From: the human T2T-CHM13v2.0 reference genome, Homo sapiens | NCBI RefSeq assembly: GCF_009914755.1 | Contig: NC_060926.1 | Strand: one strand, 5' to 3' | Length of the DNA: 64,000 nucleotides | Part shown: one piece after another, positions 1 through 14,110 of the stretch | Layout: each line of letters opens with the position of its first letter | Numbering within the stretch: position 1 is the first letter of the stretch | Position numbers and translations under genes: made by a program | Notes under the pieces: model-generated | What the model saw: the letters and a program-made list of their open reading frames with translations, nothing else | The model's database searches: none | Told to the model about the DNA's origin: nothing

Positions 1-480
1 GGAGTAGAGTGTAAGAAGTAGGACTGAACACCCAATAAGTGTTCATTACATTGTCAGCTGTCAACAGTTTTTATTTTGCTTTAAAATAAAATGCATCTAA
101 TTTTCTCAGGTTGGTACTTTTTTACTCTCTCTGCAATCAGTTCTTAGAAAATCTGAACTGTGCCTGCTGAGTATCCAAAAAATCATCATTTAAATTGTCT
201 TCCTTTCCTTTCAGATTTGTGTTTCATTGGCAGAGGGGATGTTGGACACATATCCAAAGAAATGTTCTTATAATGCAATCAACCTTTTAGTGAGATTCTA
301 GCCTTCCTGAAAGTCTGGTGTTATGTGCTGTGCTGCTTTGCTCACTGTTATTCAGAGTGGCACCTGCATTCTGTACAACAGAACATCCACTTCTCAGTAC
401 TATACTCTGGCGGCGTTTGAAAAATTGTTTTATTTATTGCTTAGTCTGAGGTTCAACATCTTTAAAATGTCTTCTTTCTT

Positions 481-745
481 GGCCTCATCCCTGTAATCCC
501 AGCACTTTGAGAGGCCAAGGCAGGAGGCCAGGATTTCAAGACCAGCCTGGGCCACAAAGACCCCATCTCTACAAAAAATAAAATAAATTAGCTGGGTGTG
601 GTGGTGTGTGCCTGAGTCCCAGCCACCTGGGAGGCTGAGATGGAAGAATCTCTTGAGCTCAGGAGTTCAAGGCTGTGGAGAGTTATGATAGCATTACTGC
701 ACTCCAGCCTGCACGACAGAATGAGACCTGGTCTCCAAAATAAAA
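481..745 (+). mobile_element. Alu (old, AluJ-like)
   Basis: cctgtaatcccagcactttg...gcactccagcctg, A-rich tail. Confidence 0.9.
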
Positions 746-957
746 AATTTTTAAAAATTTCTGGTCCTTTAAATAATTACAAACCACCTACACTGCTTTG
801 GACAATGAGATTTATTCTAAATAGACGTTGGATATAAATGCCCCCAAGATATTTTATGAACTAGGTAAATAAGGAATGTTTTTGTTTGTACCCAATGATT
901 TTAGTCTTCTCTTGGTATTACTGGATCATTAATAAAGTCATATGATTTTTTTTACAG

Positions 958-1020
958 TCAGCCATTGAGAAATTAACCCATGATTACATAAATTTGTTTC
1001 ACTTCCCACCACTAATTAAG
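958..1020 (+). CDS. MAP3K20: ZAK-alpha coding exon (about aa 402-422, SAIEKLTHDYINLFHFPPLIK; end of SAM domain); probably exon 15 of 20
   Basis: Acceptor tttttttacag ends at 957; donor gtaagt at 1021; 63 nt, phase 0/0; translation matches the ZAK-alpha sequence as I know it. Confidence 0.96.
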
Positions 1021-1988
1021 GTAAGTAAGGTTTTTCTTACCGACACTAATGCTACCTTTATTGACACATGCACCTGCTGCATCCACACCTAAATTTGCCA
1101 ATGTCAGTAATGGTTGTTTGAAGTGAAATTTCATCATATCTGTCTAACAAAAGGCCCTTTGAAGCAAGGGAAGTGTATAAATTGAACACCCTTGTTCCCC
1201 ACAAGTTGAAATATTAACAATTCGTTCATGATAAGAACAACACACCTTACTTTAGTGGCTAGGAGTTGTAAGTGCCAACATTATCGGTGAGGTCCTGTGG
1301 CCTCCCACCTGGCCCTGGATACTTTTCAACATGTAAGTCACTGAGAGAATTCATACCCTGGAGCGCTCGATCGTCAACTTTCATAGGGGATGGGAGGTTT
1401 ACTGTTTGAATAACATATTAGTATACTTAACATTTTGAATCTAGTTTAAAGGAATATGGCATACTTTGTTTAAAATCAGCAAATACTTGCAATTCATACA
1501 CAGAACTTTACTTATTCACTAACAGCTATAGTTTTTCATCTCTAAGCCCTCAAAGACTCGTTTTGTTCCTCTGCTTCATCCTCCATCCACATTTGCATCC
1601 TCCATCCACTGCGTAATCCGTCTTTGGGAATAGCTTGTAAATGCCCTGGGTATTGTGAACCTCTGAAGTTGAAATCTCACAATGCATCTCTAGGTGCTAA
1701 GTGCATTTCTAGGGTAAAATTGCACAATGCAAGATGCACTGTGATAAATGTAAGACAGTGACATTCAATTTGAACTGCATGAAATAAATCATTTGGCAAA
1801 GTCCTGAAAGGCATAATATGTCATTTCTGTTGGTTGATGTAATTAGAATTTGTAGCTTAATCCAAAATAACCAAAAGTTAATAGATTAGAATAGAAAAAA
1901 AAAAAAAACTAGTGCCAAGATATCATCTTCTTTACATGAGAAGTAAAAACAACATCTAGAATAATTGGTGCTTGGTTTCCTGTTTTAG

Positions 1989-2081
1989 GACTCAGGAGGT
2001 GAACCTGAAGAAAATGAGGAAAAAATAGTGAACCTGGAACTGGTTTTTGGTTTTCACTTGAAACCAGGAACTGGCCCACAG
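1989..2081 (+). CDS. MAP3K20: ZAK-alpha coding exon (about aa 423-453, DSGGEPEENEEKIVNLELVFGFHLKPGTGPQ)
   Basis: Acceptor cctgttttag ends at 1988; donor gtaaat at 2082; 93 nt, phase 0/0; in frame with its neighbours. Confidence 0.96.
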
Positions 2082-2659
2082 GTAAATCACATTTTAAATC
2101 CTTTGGATAAATCTCAATCGAACTACTCTTTTTTCTCTTCTGTAACTCCATGGTTTTATACACCCCCTACCAGCTGGTAACTGGATTTTGAGTAAATTTA
2201 TAGACTTTATAAAATAGAATTTAGCTGAAAGGCTGCCAGCTGCCTCTGTAATCCAGTCTAGGAATCTTACTTTCTCAGTCAGCTGAAGACGCCCATGTGA
2301 GGCCACCCAAACATCAGGGTAACTCACAGTAAAGTATGGACAGGGAAGGGGGGCCGTGGATACCAGACTGTGTATACCACTCATGTCACAGCTTCCTGCT
2401 GATTCATAAGAGAAAGCAGCTTTATAATACCAAGAATAAAAACTAAGAATGAAACTGTAGGCCATGTGGAGACCCAAATTATCAGCTCTAAATAGGGTGG
2501 CAGGGCATTTGAGCAACACTTCTTCAATAAGCCTCTCAGTTTATGTCATTTTGAAAGTCTGCAAAAATTATTTGGCCTAGGTAGCCTGTGAATTAGAATT
2601 ATAATAGGTTTGTGTTACTTTTGATTACTATAAATAGCTAATGATAATAATGATAACTT

Positions 2660-2855
2660 CTGTTAACTGACCACTTATTGTGTACCAGGCATACAGTACT
2701 GAAGTGTGAAAACTACTTTCCCCCATTTTGCAAATGAGGAAACTGAGGCTCAGACAGGTTAAATAACTTGCCCAAGGGTTACATGGCTAGCAAATAGCAG
2801 AATAAAGATTTGAATGCAGGTTGCTCTGGTCTCAGAACCGAAGTTCTTAACTACT
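2660..2855 (-). mobile_element. MIR
   Basis: cccattttgcaaatgaggaaactgaggctcaga...aacttgcccaagg, the reverse MIR core. Confidence 0.85.
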
Positions 2856-3080
2856 CATAATGTGGAAGCCTTCCCTTGAGGGAAGCCAAGGGACCTTATA
2901 AATACACCTTACAAGCTGTGTAAGCCTACCGATTGCTCTGGTAGGCTCAGCTGGCCCTGGCCTTTCCTCAGTGAAACCATGCTTGCTCCAGGCCATTCCT
3001 GGGAACCAGTGCCTGGGAATGACTGGAAATTGTTGTGAGGGGTTGAGTTTTTCCTGGGCCTTCCAAAGATGCTCTTTCTA

Positions 3081-4275
3081 ATAATCCAGTTAAAAATGGG
3101 CAAAAGATCTGCATAGGGATTTCTCAAAAGAAGACATACAAATGGCCAACAGGTATATGGAAAATGGCTCAGCGTCACTAATTATCAGGGAAATGCAAAT
3201 CAAAACCACAATGAGATATCATCTCACCCCACTTAGAATGGCTTATATCCAAAAGACAGGCAATAATGAATGCTGGTGAGGATGTGGAGAAAGGAGAACC
3301 TTCGTACACTGTTGGTGGGAATGTAAATGATCCAGCAATCCCACTCTAGGTATATAACCAAAAGAATGGAAATCAATATATTGAAGAGATATCTGTACTC
3401 CTATGTTTATTGCAGCACTGTGCACAAAATCCAACATTTGGAAGCAAACCTAAGTGCCCATCAACAGATGAATAGATAAAGAAAACATGGTACATATACA
3501 CAATGGCATACCGTTCCCAAACAGAATGAAATCTTGTCATTTGCAACAATATGGATGGAACCGGAGGATATTATGTTAAGTGAAATAAGCCAGTCGCAGA
3601 AAGACGGAAGCTAAAAATTAAAACACTTGAACTCATGGAGATAGTAGAATGATGATTACCAGAGGCTTGGAAGCATAGCAGGGGAGGGCAAGAGGATGCT
3701 GGGATGGTTAATGGGTGAAAACATATACAGAATGAATAAGATCTATTATTTGATAGCACAACAGGGTGACTACAGTCAACAATAATTATATGTTTTTAAA
3801 TAATTAAAAGAGTGGAACTGGGATGTCCGTAACACAAAGAAATGAGGTAATGGATGCCCTCAGTTATCCTAATGTGATTATTACATATTATATGCTTGTA
3901 TCAAAGCATCACAAAGACTGGGCGCAGTGAATCACACCTGTAGTCCCAGCACTTTGGGAGGCTGAGGCTGGGGGATCGCTTGAGCCTAGGAGTTCGAGAC
4001 CAGCCTGGGCAACACGGTGGAATCCCATTGCTACAAAAAATACAAAAAGTAGCTGGGTGTAGTCGTGTAAGCCTGTAGTCCTAGCTACTTGGAAAGGCTA
4101 AAGTGGGAAGGATCACTTGAGCTCAGGAGGTCAAGCCTGCAGTGAGCCAAAACTGTGCCACTGCACTCTAGCCTGGGCAACAGAGTAAGACATCATCTCA
4201 AAAAAAATAAAAAATCACATGTACCCCCAAAATACATACACCTAGTGTATACCCAAAAACATTAAATTTTTTTTT
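3081..4275 (+). mobile_element. 5'-truncated L1 (L1MA-like ORF2 end and 3' UTR), interrupted by an Alu
   Basis: gaaatgcaaatcaaaaccacaatgagatatcatctcacccc is L1 ORF2 3' sequence; 16-bp TSD aaagatgc(t/c)ctttcta at 3065-3080 and 4276-4291. Confidence 0.9.
3916..4214 (+). mobile_element. Alu (AluJ-like) nested in L1
   Basis: Full dimeric Alu; L1 sequence resumes after the A tail. Confidence 0.92.
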
Positions 4276-4762
4276 AAAGATGCCCTTTCTAGACATCTAT
4301 GCAAGAATGTGTCTTGCCTGCACCACTGCAGTTATTTCTTTACCTGCTGAATGAAAATCTTTACCTCCCTTGTTTCGGCCACAGACTTTGGTTGAGTGAG
4401 AGCTGCTCTGGATACAGGTTTCTTACATAAGAATAGTTTTCTCTCTGTGAATGGATCACTGTCTATTCATTCCTGTTGTTAGAAGGAGCTACAGAAAGGG
4501 GACAGGAAAGTAAGTTCTTCTGTCTCCAACAATATCAGAAGCACTTCTAACCCTGAGATTCTGCAGCTGTGGCCACCCCTAAGTTCATCTGATGGTAAAC
4601 AAATTGCACATTTCAATTGCCTTTTCTGGTTTTCTTGATTCCATGACATTGAATTTATGAGTTATCTTTAAGCTTTGTTATGGCTTGTAGGTGGTAAAAG
4701 AAGAGAGAAAAAATTTCCTTGGAAAAGATTTGTGAACAGAGATCTCAACCAAGAAAAAAAAA

Positions 4763-5052
<290 letters not shown>

Positions 5053-5243
5053 AAGAAAATATTTTCAATTAAAAAAGAAATAATTTATTAATAATGGAAA
5101 ACTGAAAAATCTATTTTTTAGTAAAAATAAGGAGCTATGGATAATATTTGAAACTGAATACAATGGTCTGTTTTTGGTAATAATGATGTAGACTTCTTGA
5201 GTCATAGATTATCTACAAGCCCTAAAGTTGCTGCAGGTTTTGA

Positions 5244-5588
<345 letters not shown>

Positions 5589-5920
5589 CAGAGTAATAAT
5601 TTTATCTATTCATTTGGCAGGCATTTACTGAGGACCTACTTTGTGCCTGGCTCTAAGGTAGATGCTAGATTTTGATACAAAATCAAAAAGTACAATCCCA
5701 GCCTTTACAGAACCTACAGCTTATCATAAGCAATAGACAAAATCCACAAAACGCTATGGTACATACAGAATGATGAGTTTTTACAAAGCCATTTACATGG
5801 TTCCACGGGAGTTCACTGGATGAGGATCTACAACAGATGGGAAAGGGGTGAGGGAGGGTCCTTGAAGTCTTCTTGGTAGAAGTGTTGCTTAAGCTAAAAT
5901 GTTAAAGCCACTAAGAATGA

Positions 5921-6509
<589 letters not shown>

Positions 6510-8233
6510 CAGATTTACGTTTTTAACAGATCTTTCAGAAGCACAGAGAAGGATGAATTGGAAAGGGGCCGCCAGGCTAGAGTGAGAAAGATCTGTGAGT
6601 GGGCAGCGCAGACAACCAGGTGAAAAATGTCAAAGCGCTGAGCCTGTGACAGTGCCATGGGTCCCAGGACACACTGAAACGGAATTAGATTGTGTCACTA
6701 GCTGGAGACGCAGCAAGTGGGAGGGAGGGGCCAGGAGGGTGCTGAGGTTTCTAGTGTGGGCAACTAGAGAGATGATGTTATAAAGTGGTGGATCAAAAGT
6801 GAAATATACAATGTGAATATCATGCTAAGGTGCTAAAAGTATAAAGAAGTGACTGGAATGGGTGAGGTTCATCAGGAAAAGCTTTTTTGGAACCATGAGT
6901 ATTTTATTGGGGCTTGAAGAGGTTGGTGGGCAGTTGCAGAATAATTTCCTGAATATAATGCTTAAAGCTTTTGCTTAGATAATACATTTCTAAAGAGCTC
7001 AGGTATTCAATAAATGTCATCTCCTTTATCCCGTTAGCATTTGGGTGAGATGCATAACTCATAGTATCATCGTTGCTGATTCAGAAAGAGATAACAAGAG
7101 AAAGTGTATGACTTGCCTGGGATGAGGCAAGGACAGAGCTAAGACCAGAAATTACATCTTTATTATTGTCTTTGTAGTAAATATGTGCTAGATCTCACAC
7201 CTGACCCACAACATTTAAGCCATCTGTAAACCTATATAAAACAGTCCTAGAATAAATTACTATCCTGTTCTGAATTATACCAGCTATGCCAGCCTATGTC
7301 TTAGCATTATGAAATATTTTCTGATTAATGTGCTTTGAATTGAAATTTCAGTTCCCCACACGAAAACCTTGTTGCCTTGGGCCTTAAAGATAGAACCCAA
7401 GAAAAAAAGGCTTCCTCCACATCCCAATTAACCAAGTTCTCAGAAACCCTCTTCATGGGAAAGGTGAAGCCTTTAAGTCCACCCCCACCTCCATGACCGG
7501 AATAAGCTTTCCAAGAGAAAATTGGAGCTTTGCAAGTTCTCTCCAACCTAGGAGTTTGCATAGCAGAGGCATTTGCTGGATTTCACCTTTTCTTTTACAA
7601 GTAAAATGAAAAATGTGTTGTAATGGCAGCCATTGAGAATAAGGTATGACAGTGACTTTATCATGAAAATAGTAGCTACATTTTCCCTTTGCATTTGAGA
7701 AGGACCACCCACTAACTACCCCTTAAAATTATGTCATTTCCACAACTTGAAGCCTACTAAGAGCAAGCCAGGAAAATATTACCTTATACACAAATAGGTA
7801 AAGGAAAAACCCTGTCCACCTTTGTCCTAAGAATTCAGATCAAGTTATTTTTCTTAGCTTCATTTTACAAGCAGATGGATGATGGCACAAAGCGAGGTTG
7901 ATCTGCAGAACCCTGGAAGGTGATCTGTGTTTGAGTGCCTGCCCTGCTATCATAATCAGGAGTGGCTGCAGGGCCATCTTGCCCATGCGCTTAGTCTTCA
8001 CAGCCACATCCCTCCAAAGAGCCAGGACCTGACCAGGCTCCAGCCCCATTGATGCTTACAAGAATTCTCCCACAAGTGAAATGTGCTTTTTCTGAAACAA
8101 CCTAGCAGGGAAAACATCATGATTAGACCAAAGGCTTCACTGGCAATTTAAATTAATAAGCGAAACAGGTTTTACCCCCATTTACTTGACCTGCTCCTAA
8201 GTAGTAAAGTTAATTATTAATTTAAATGACATA

Positions 8234-8525
8234 GGCCAGACACAGTGGCTCATGCCTGTAATCCCAGCACTTTGGGAGGCCAAGACGGGCAGATCACTTG
8301 AGGTTAGGAGTTCGAGGCCAGCCTGGCCAACATGGTGAAACCCCATCTCTACTAAAAGTATAAAAATTAGCTGGGTGTGGTGGCCTGCGCCTGTAGTCCC
8401 AGCTACTTGGGAGGCTGGGGCAGAAGAATCGCTTAAACCCAGGAGGCAAGGTTGCAGTGAGCCAGGATCGCACCACTGCACTCCAGCCTGGGCAACAGAG
8501 CAAGACTCATCTCAAATAATAATAG
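8234..8525 (+). mobile_element. Alu (AluS-like)
   Basis: Full dimeric Alu. Confidence 0.92.
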
Positions 8526-10174
8526 TAATTTAGATGACATCATATGTGGAGACAACCTGGAAGTTACGACAATCAAACTGGCAGAAATTGTGTCTTTCTC
8601 TGCTTGAATGTTTCCCATGCTAGGGATAATTATTATTCCTTCGTACTTCTGGTGAGCACTTTGCAAAGGGCATATTTGTGTAATTGTTTCAACTCAACAT
8701 GACAGGGAACATTATCTCTGTATCATCCTCTTCATGAGGAAACTGAGGCACAGAGGTGAAACTCCTCACCAGAGGCTCCAACCTAGTAAGGGGCAAATTC
8801 AGTCTAAAGGTCTAACTACTGTGTCACACTGCCTCATTTTGGAAGATACCATTGTCCTCCAAAATAAGGATATTGGTAATGAAAAGGCATTTGGGGGTCA
8901 GTTAATTCTACCTTACCACTATTTTTGTTTTTGCAATCAAAGTGCCCTGTGTTTTACAATCTAAGGCCTTTGACTTGGCACAAAAGGAAAGCGGCTTCCA
9001 GAATCTCAGGCGACTTCATGCGCTCCCCAGGGTGGCAACCACCCCTTTTTATTAAAATATTCGGCTGCCTAGATTTTATTATTATATCTCTTATCAGCTC
9101 ACCACGCAGGAATATTGATTCTCAAATTGCCAAGAGATAAACTATCAAATCACCCAGCAGTTTTCTCACCAAGATCTTTTTGAGACTTCGTGTGTCATAA
9201 AAATTCAAAAGCAGAATTAGGAAGGAACTCTTTGGGGAGTCGTCCATTCCTTACAAATGCTCAACCGCCACAGACTTTGTTCCTTGCATCCTTATTTCCT
9301 CCTCTCCCCAATAAGGCAAAGGAAACCTGATTGAAGCTGGGTTCCCATGGGTCTAAACTGATAACCTGACATAGATAAGAGACTGAGGTTAGGGGAAAAG
9401 TAACGGAAACAGCACGCTGCCCCTCCCAACTCTCCGAACACGCCGGCTACCTATGAGTGGGTCCTTAAATAAAGACCAGGCTTCCAGACTGGAGCCACTC
9501 CTTCCCAGATGACCATCACTTCCAATTTCCTATTTCAAAGGGGCAAGAAAAGTAGGAAGAGTAAATGAGAGGAACCTTTGGAAGAGGTAGAAGCAGAATT
9601 ACTGATGCCCACAAAGTGGAAGCTTATCAATAGAGGACTTTCCTGCCCAGCCAACTCCCTCTCCTGCCTTCCACCCTTGCCATTGTTAACACCTGGCCTC
9701 TTCTCCCACTCCGCAGTGGAAGAAATTCAATCAATAGTTCTGCTTTTCCAGCCATGTCATCTATAGGTTAAAAATTCGGCTTTTTACAAATGCTTCCCAC
9801 TTGTATTGTGCTTTTAAGTCCTTATTACATTGCTTATAAAATGTTGCTTTTAATAAACTTAGTTGAATCTCCAGGCCCTTTCTCAGAGCACTATAAATAT
9901 CAAAAACTGTCAAATAGGGCTTTTTTTTTTCCCTATTGTGCAATCTTTATAAATGGATAGATAAACATGAATAAAATAACAGGGCACAAAGAAAAGGATT
10001 TTGTAAGTATAAAGCCAACACTTTTTGGAAATTTCAGAAGAGCAGAAAGCAGCACTTTACTTTGATGTATCTTGCGTTTATTAAAAATTAAGTGAAGGGA
10101 AGTTTATTTCCATGATCAACTATTTTTTGAGAGAAAAACATACATGTATGCACACATGAATTTGTGTCCCTAAG

Positions 10175-11000
10175 TATCTAAGATGAATAAGTTCTAGAGA
10201 TCTACTGTACAGCATAGTATCTACAATTAACAGCAGGTTGTTATATACTTAAAATTTGCAAATTTGATCTCATGTTAAGCATTCTTATAAAAATAATAAC
10301 TAATAAATAAGAGGGCAGGAGGAAACTTTTGGAGGTGATAGATAAATGTTTATGGCATAGGTTGTGGTGATGGTCTCATAGGTGCATACATTACCTACCT
10401 GTTCTTGAGTTCTCATGCAACAGAAATTAACATGAGGGTGAGAAAGTTTCCCAGACACGGCTTTACTGGGGCCTATGCTCAAGTCCAAGGGAGACAGCAT
10501 GGGAGCAAGAGTTCTCTGACTGGCTCTCTGAGGGCAGGTCTTGCAGTGTTTTAAGAAGGGTGACATGAATAAGCATGAGGTAAGCGAAAGTCATTACATG
10601 TGCAGGACAGAGCACAGGGTGTGCAGGCGAAGTGAGAAATCATGTTAATACATGCATCGCATGATCAAAAAATGGCAGATAAGCTCCTGGGGCGGGGATT
10701 TTAGTAGTATAATGAGGCAAGAGGTTAGGATGGGTCATTTTCTTGGTTTTGTGTGCATGCGGGTGACAGGGTTAACTCCCTTGAGATTGATGGTGGAATG
10801 CTGCTTCTCAGTTTCGTCACACATTTTACAAGTTCTCACGGTCAGTGAGGATGTATGGAAAAAAATATACTAGTTGGGAGGGTAGGGTTGAGCCCCGTCC
10901 CTACCCTGTCTTATATATGTATCTCCAAACTCATCAGGTTATATACATTAAATAGGTAGAGCTTTTCATATATCAGTCATATCTCAATAAAGTGGTTTTT
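10175..11000 (+). mobile_element. Old L1M 3' UTR fragments interrupted by an LTR
   Basis: gatgaataagttctagagatctactgtacagcatag... and ...atatctcaataaagtgg are L1M 3' UTR-like pieces on either side of the LTR. Confidence 0.65.
10400..10912 (-). mobile_element. Solo ERV LTR (LTR47-like, subfamily tentative)
   Basis: About 510-bp block starting tg, different in composition from the flanking L1; ends ...gagccccgtccctaccctgtctta. Confidence 0.55.
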
Positions 11001-11249
11001 TAAAAATGAGAAAGAAACACAAGTTTTAATTGAGCAAAGAAGCAAATGCAGTTCAGAATTTTACAACTGCATAAGTCACTGCTGATTTCTAATTACAGAG
11101 TGTGGCAATGTACTTTGTCAAATGGGTTGGACAGCCACCTATAGAGCTAGAGAGCTAGAGCAGAACTAGGCGAGGTGCTCAGTGCATACCTGCTGAATGG
11201 ATTGACAGTCCTGCATACAAGCTAGCATGCCAGGAAGTGTCTAACAATG

Positions 11250-11404
11250 GGAGAAAGCCCTGGTTTGTAGCATGTGTAGATCTCCATGGTGTGAAAAATT
11301 CCCACTATGGCCGATTTCAAGTTACCAATCTGGCATCACTGGATTTGAAGTTGGGAATGGCTGTAAGCAATCAGCTCATGAGAGCTGGCTCCAGCACACT
11401 ATTG
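11250..11404 (-). mobile_element. hAT DNA transposon remnant (MER63-like)
   Basis: ...gagagctggctccagcacactattg resembles the MER63 terminus. Confidence 0.55.
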
Positions 11405-12299
11405 GGTCTCTCTTAGTCTTCTTAATCAAGATTACGAATTCCTTTTAAAATAGTGATGTACATGATAAAACATAGGCTCAAATAAATTACAAGCACATTA
11501 TTGCTGGTTACCAACTATAATAATAAGTGTCTTTAACTCAAAGAGAGCTCCAGTCTCCTAATGAATCCATTGTCAGTTGGCTTAGGTCTCTGGATCACCA
11601 TTGTCTCATTTTGTCATATTGTCTCATACTGACCATAATGCATAAATCAAAAATTGGGATTCAATTTTGTAAAAAGTAAGAATATAGTTTGGAAACAGAA
11701 AAACAAAATGTAAGTTTGTGACTGTCTTTAAAAAACGTGGAAACAGTCATAGTTGTGACTCCTTGATGACAGGCACAGTTGTCTATAGGAGAGAGATCTT
11801 TGCTTTTAGAAGAAAGTTTTCAAAAGCTTCTGAGGATCACTGCAAGTTCTGCAGCTAGAGACCTCAGTACTCACAGTGGCTTCTGTTTTCTAAACCAAAA
11901 ATTAGGTGTTGAGAATAATCAGCTATAAAAGAGACAGACTATTTGAAGTAAAATTAAAAAGCACTATGTTGGAAAATCAAGGATGTAGGACAACCGTATC
12001 AATCCTGGACATTAGGATTTGAATCGATAATAGCTCAACTGGTAAACAATGCCTACTAACTAGGTTAGTGTTTCTTTGAAAATCATATTTCTTCGAGTCA
12101 CCCCTAAAGTCATGGGGTGGGAGGAGAAGAACCTAGGAGGTAGAACAGCTGTTTTTATATTTTGAGGATCCTGGATAAAACTTTATTTGCAGTAGATGTC
12201 CCAGTATTTAAAAATGTTAAAGCAGTGCTTAGGCAAGCGAGATCAACTTCTATATTCGTTAAGAAACCCACTCTGACATAGAATAGATTCTTAATTATT

Positions 12300-13800
12300 C
12301 AGAAATCAATAGCAAGACTTACTATTATTTTTTTCCATCATGAAGACCTAGTACTTTCCAATTTCAAATACAGTTAAGGGGAAAAAAGCCCTTTCCAAAC
12401 ATGTCAACTAACATCTGAACCATTTTAGACAGTCAAGTGTGTAATGCATCATATGAAAGTATGTCTCACTTGATTTGTTTCACTTTATTTTAACATCATC
12501 CTTAAAGCCCCTTTTTCATACATAACTCAAATAACAACCCCCCAAAAGGCAATATAACAACCTTATCTCCACCGGTGTCTACTTGGCACCAGTCTGCCCT
12601 GACCTTAGACACAAGCCATTGTTAAGGGTATAACGCATTTACATATTTTGCAATAAAACATCAGTTATTTGCATTACTGTGTCAAGTTTTATTTGATTCT
12701 TTCACCTAAAAATGACTCATTTTCCTTTCTTGTATTTTAAAAACCAAGTACTCTAAGCTTGTTTGAGAATAATCAAAAATTGCCCATTTAGCTAGAAGTC
12801 ATTTTCTTTTCAAAAGGCAAATGTTATTTAATCTTTCAGCTGTTCATTGTGCCATCATAAATACTTTCTTTTCAGCACAGTTGTGGGGACTGAAATGAGC
12901 CCACTAATTGCCTCCCATTTCGACTGACATGTGGTGGTTTAGTGGAAAGAGAACACAGCAGGGAGAAGGAAATAGGAGGCTGAGAAAATGAGAGCTAATT
13001 ATTTTCACTGCCTCATGTCAGGCTCTGTGTCAGCCTTGTTTTTACAAACTGGAAGGTTTAGCACTAAATAAAACAAACTGGCGTCATGTTTTTATATACT
13101 GGCAGTGTCATGGAAGCAGCTGCACATCTCAAAGACAATATAATGCCTGCGTTCGCATGGACACCATCTGACAGACACTGTGAGCCACGGCTAATGAGGA
13201 TATCACAGTGGTGCCAAGTGAAAGGTGCTGAATTATGTATGATTCTTCATCAGTACAGCAATAGTCCTGTACATCATTATGAGACATTGTTTTGCTGAAG
13301 AGATTAAAACATTCTTAGTTCCAGACCCTGCAACCTATACGCGCTGAAAGAGGTTATTAATGGAATTTTTAGGGAGAGTTTCTTGTGGATTTCTTTTTGG
13401 TTAAAAAAAAACAAATCTCATGGGACAAAGCCATGGTGGGTCATGACACTGTATAGATAAAGAAGAGAAGCAAATTAACCATACTTGTATTATCTTTTTT
13501 TAAAGGCAGCATAATAAAATATAGTGTAGCAGGGTTATACTTAATGATAAATAACCCAGGTGCTATCACGGGATGTTCCACTCTCCTGCCTTTAAAACTG
13601 CAGGTTTCAGCAGCTGAGCTAGATAATAGCAACGCATATAAAGGAGCCTTCAGAGGCCTAAATTGTCAACATCTTACTACTTTTAATACCAGCATGAACA
13701 AAATTTTTATCGTATTCTTATTTCATCTTGCATTACTTCATAGATGCCACAACAGTCAGTTGTGACTCTTGTGGCTCTTCCAGTCTTCCCTTGAATCTTA
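12300..13800. promoter_or_regulatory. Candidate conserved developmental enhancer in the long MAP3K20 intron
   Basis: No recognisable repeats; clustered CTAATTG/CTAATTA (12904, 12995), CAGCTG E-boxes (12837, 13117, 13611) and CATCTG overlapping TGACAG (13165-13174). Conservation cannot be verified here. Confidence 0.55.
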
Positions 13801-13969
13801 AAAAGTTTATTCTGACCTCTGTATTTTATATTTTAAATTGCTTCCTCAAGACAGGCCTTTTTTGCTGAAACCCTGAGCATTCTTGGTTGATTTTACTTTT
13901 TCTCCATTCATGGTTTTGGGGAGTGGTGGTGGATTTTGAAAATTAACCTCTCAGCTTAGATTTGGCATG

Positions 13970-14110
13970 CGTGGACTTGAATTCTTATCCTACAAAGCCA
14001 AATGACCTGGCTACAAATCTCCCCATTTTCTGAGCCTCAGTCTCCTCATCTGTAAAATGGGGGCAGTGCTCTCTATAACAGGGTAAGGCTGCGAGGATTA
14101 ATTAACATAG
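13970..14110 (+). mobile_element. MIR
   Basis: ctgagcctcagtctcctcatctgtaaaatgggg core. Confidence 0.8.
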
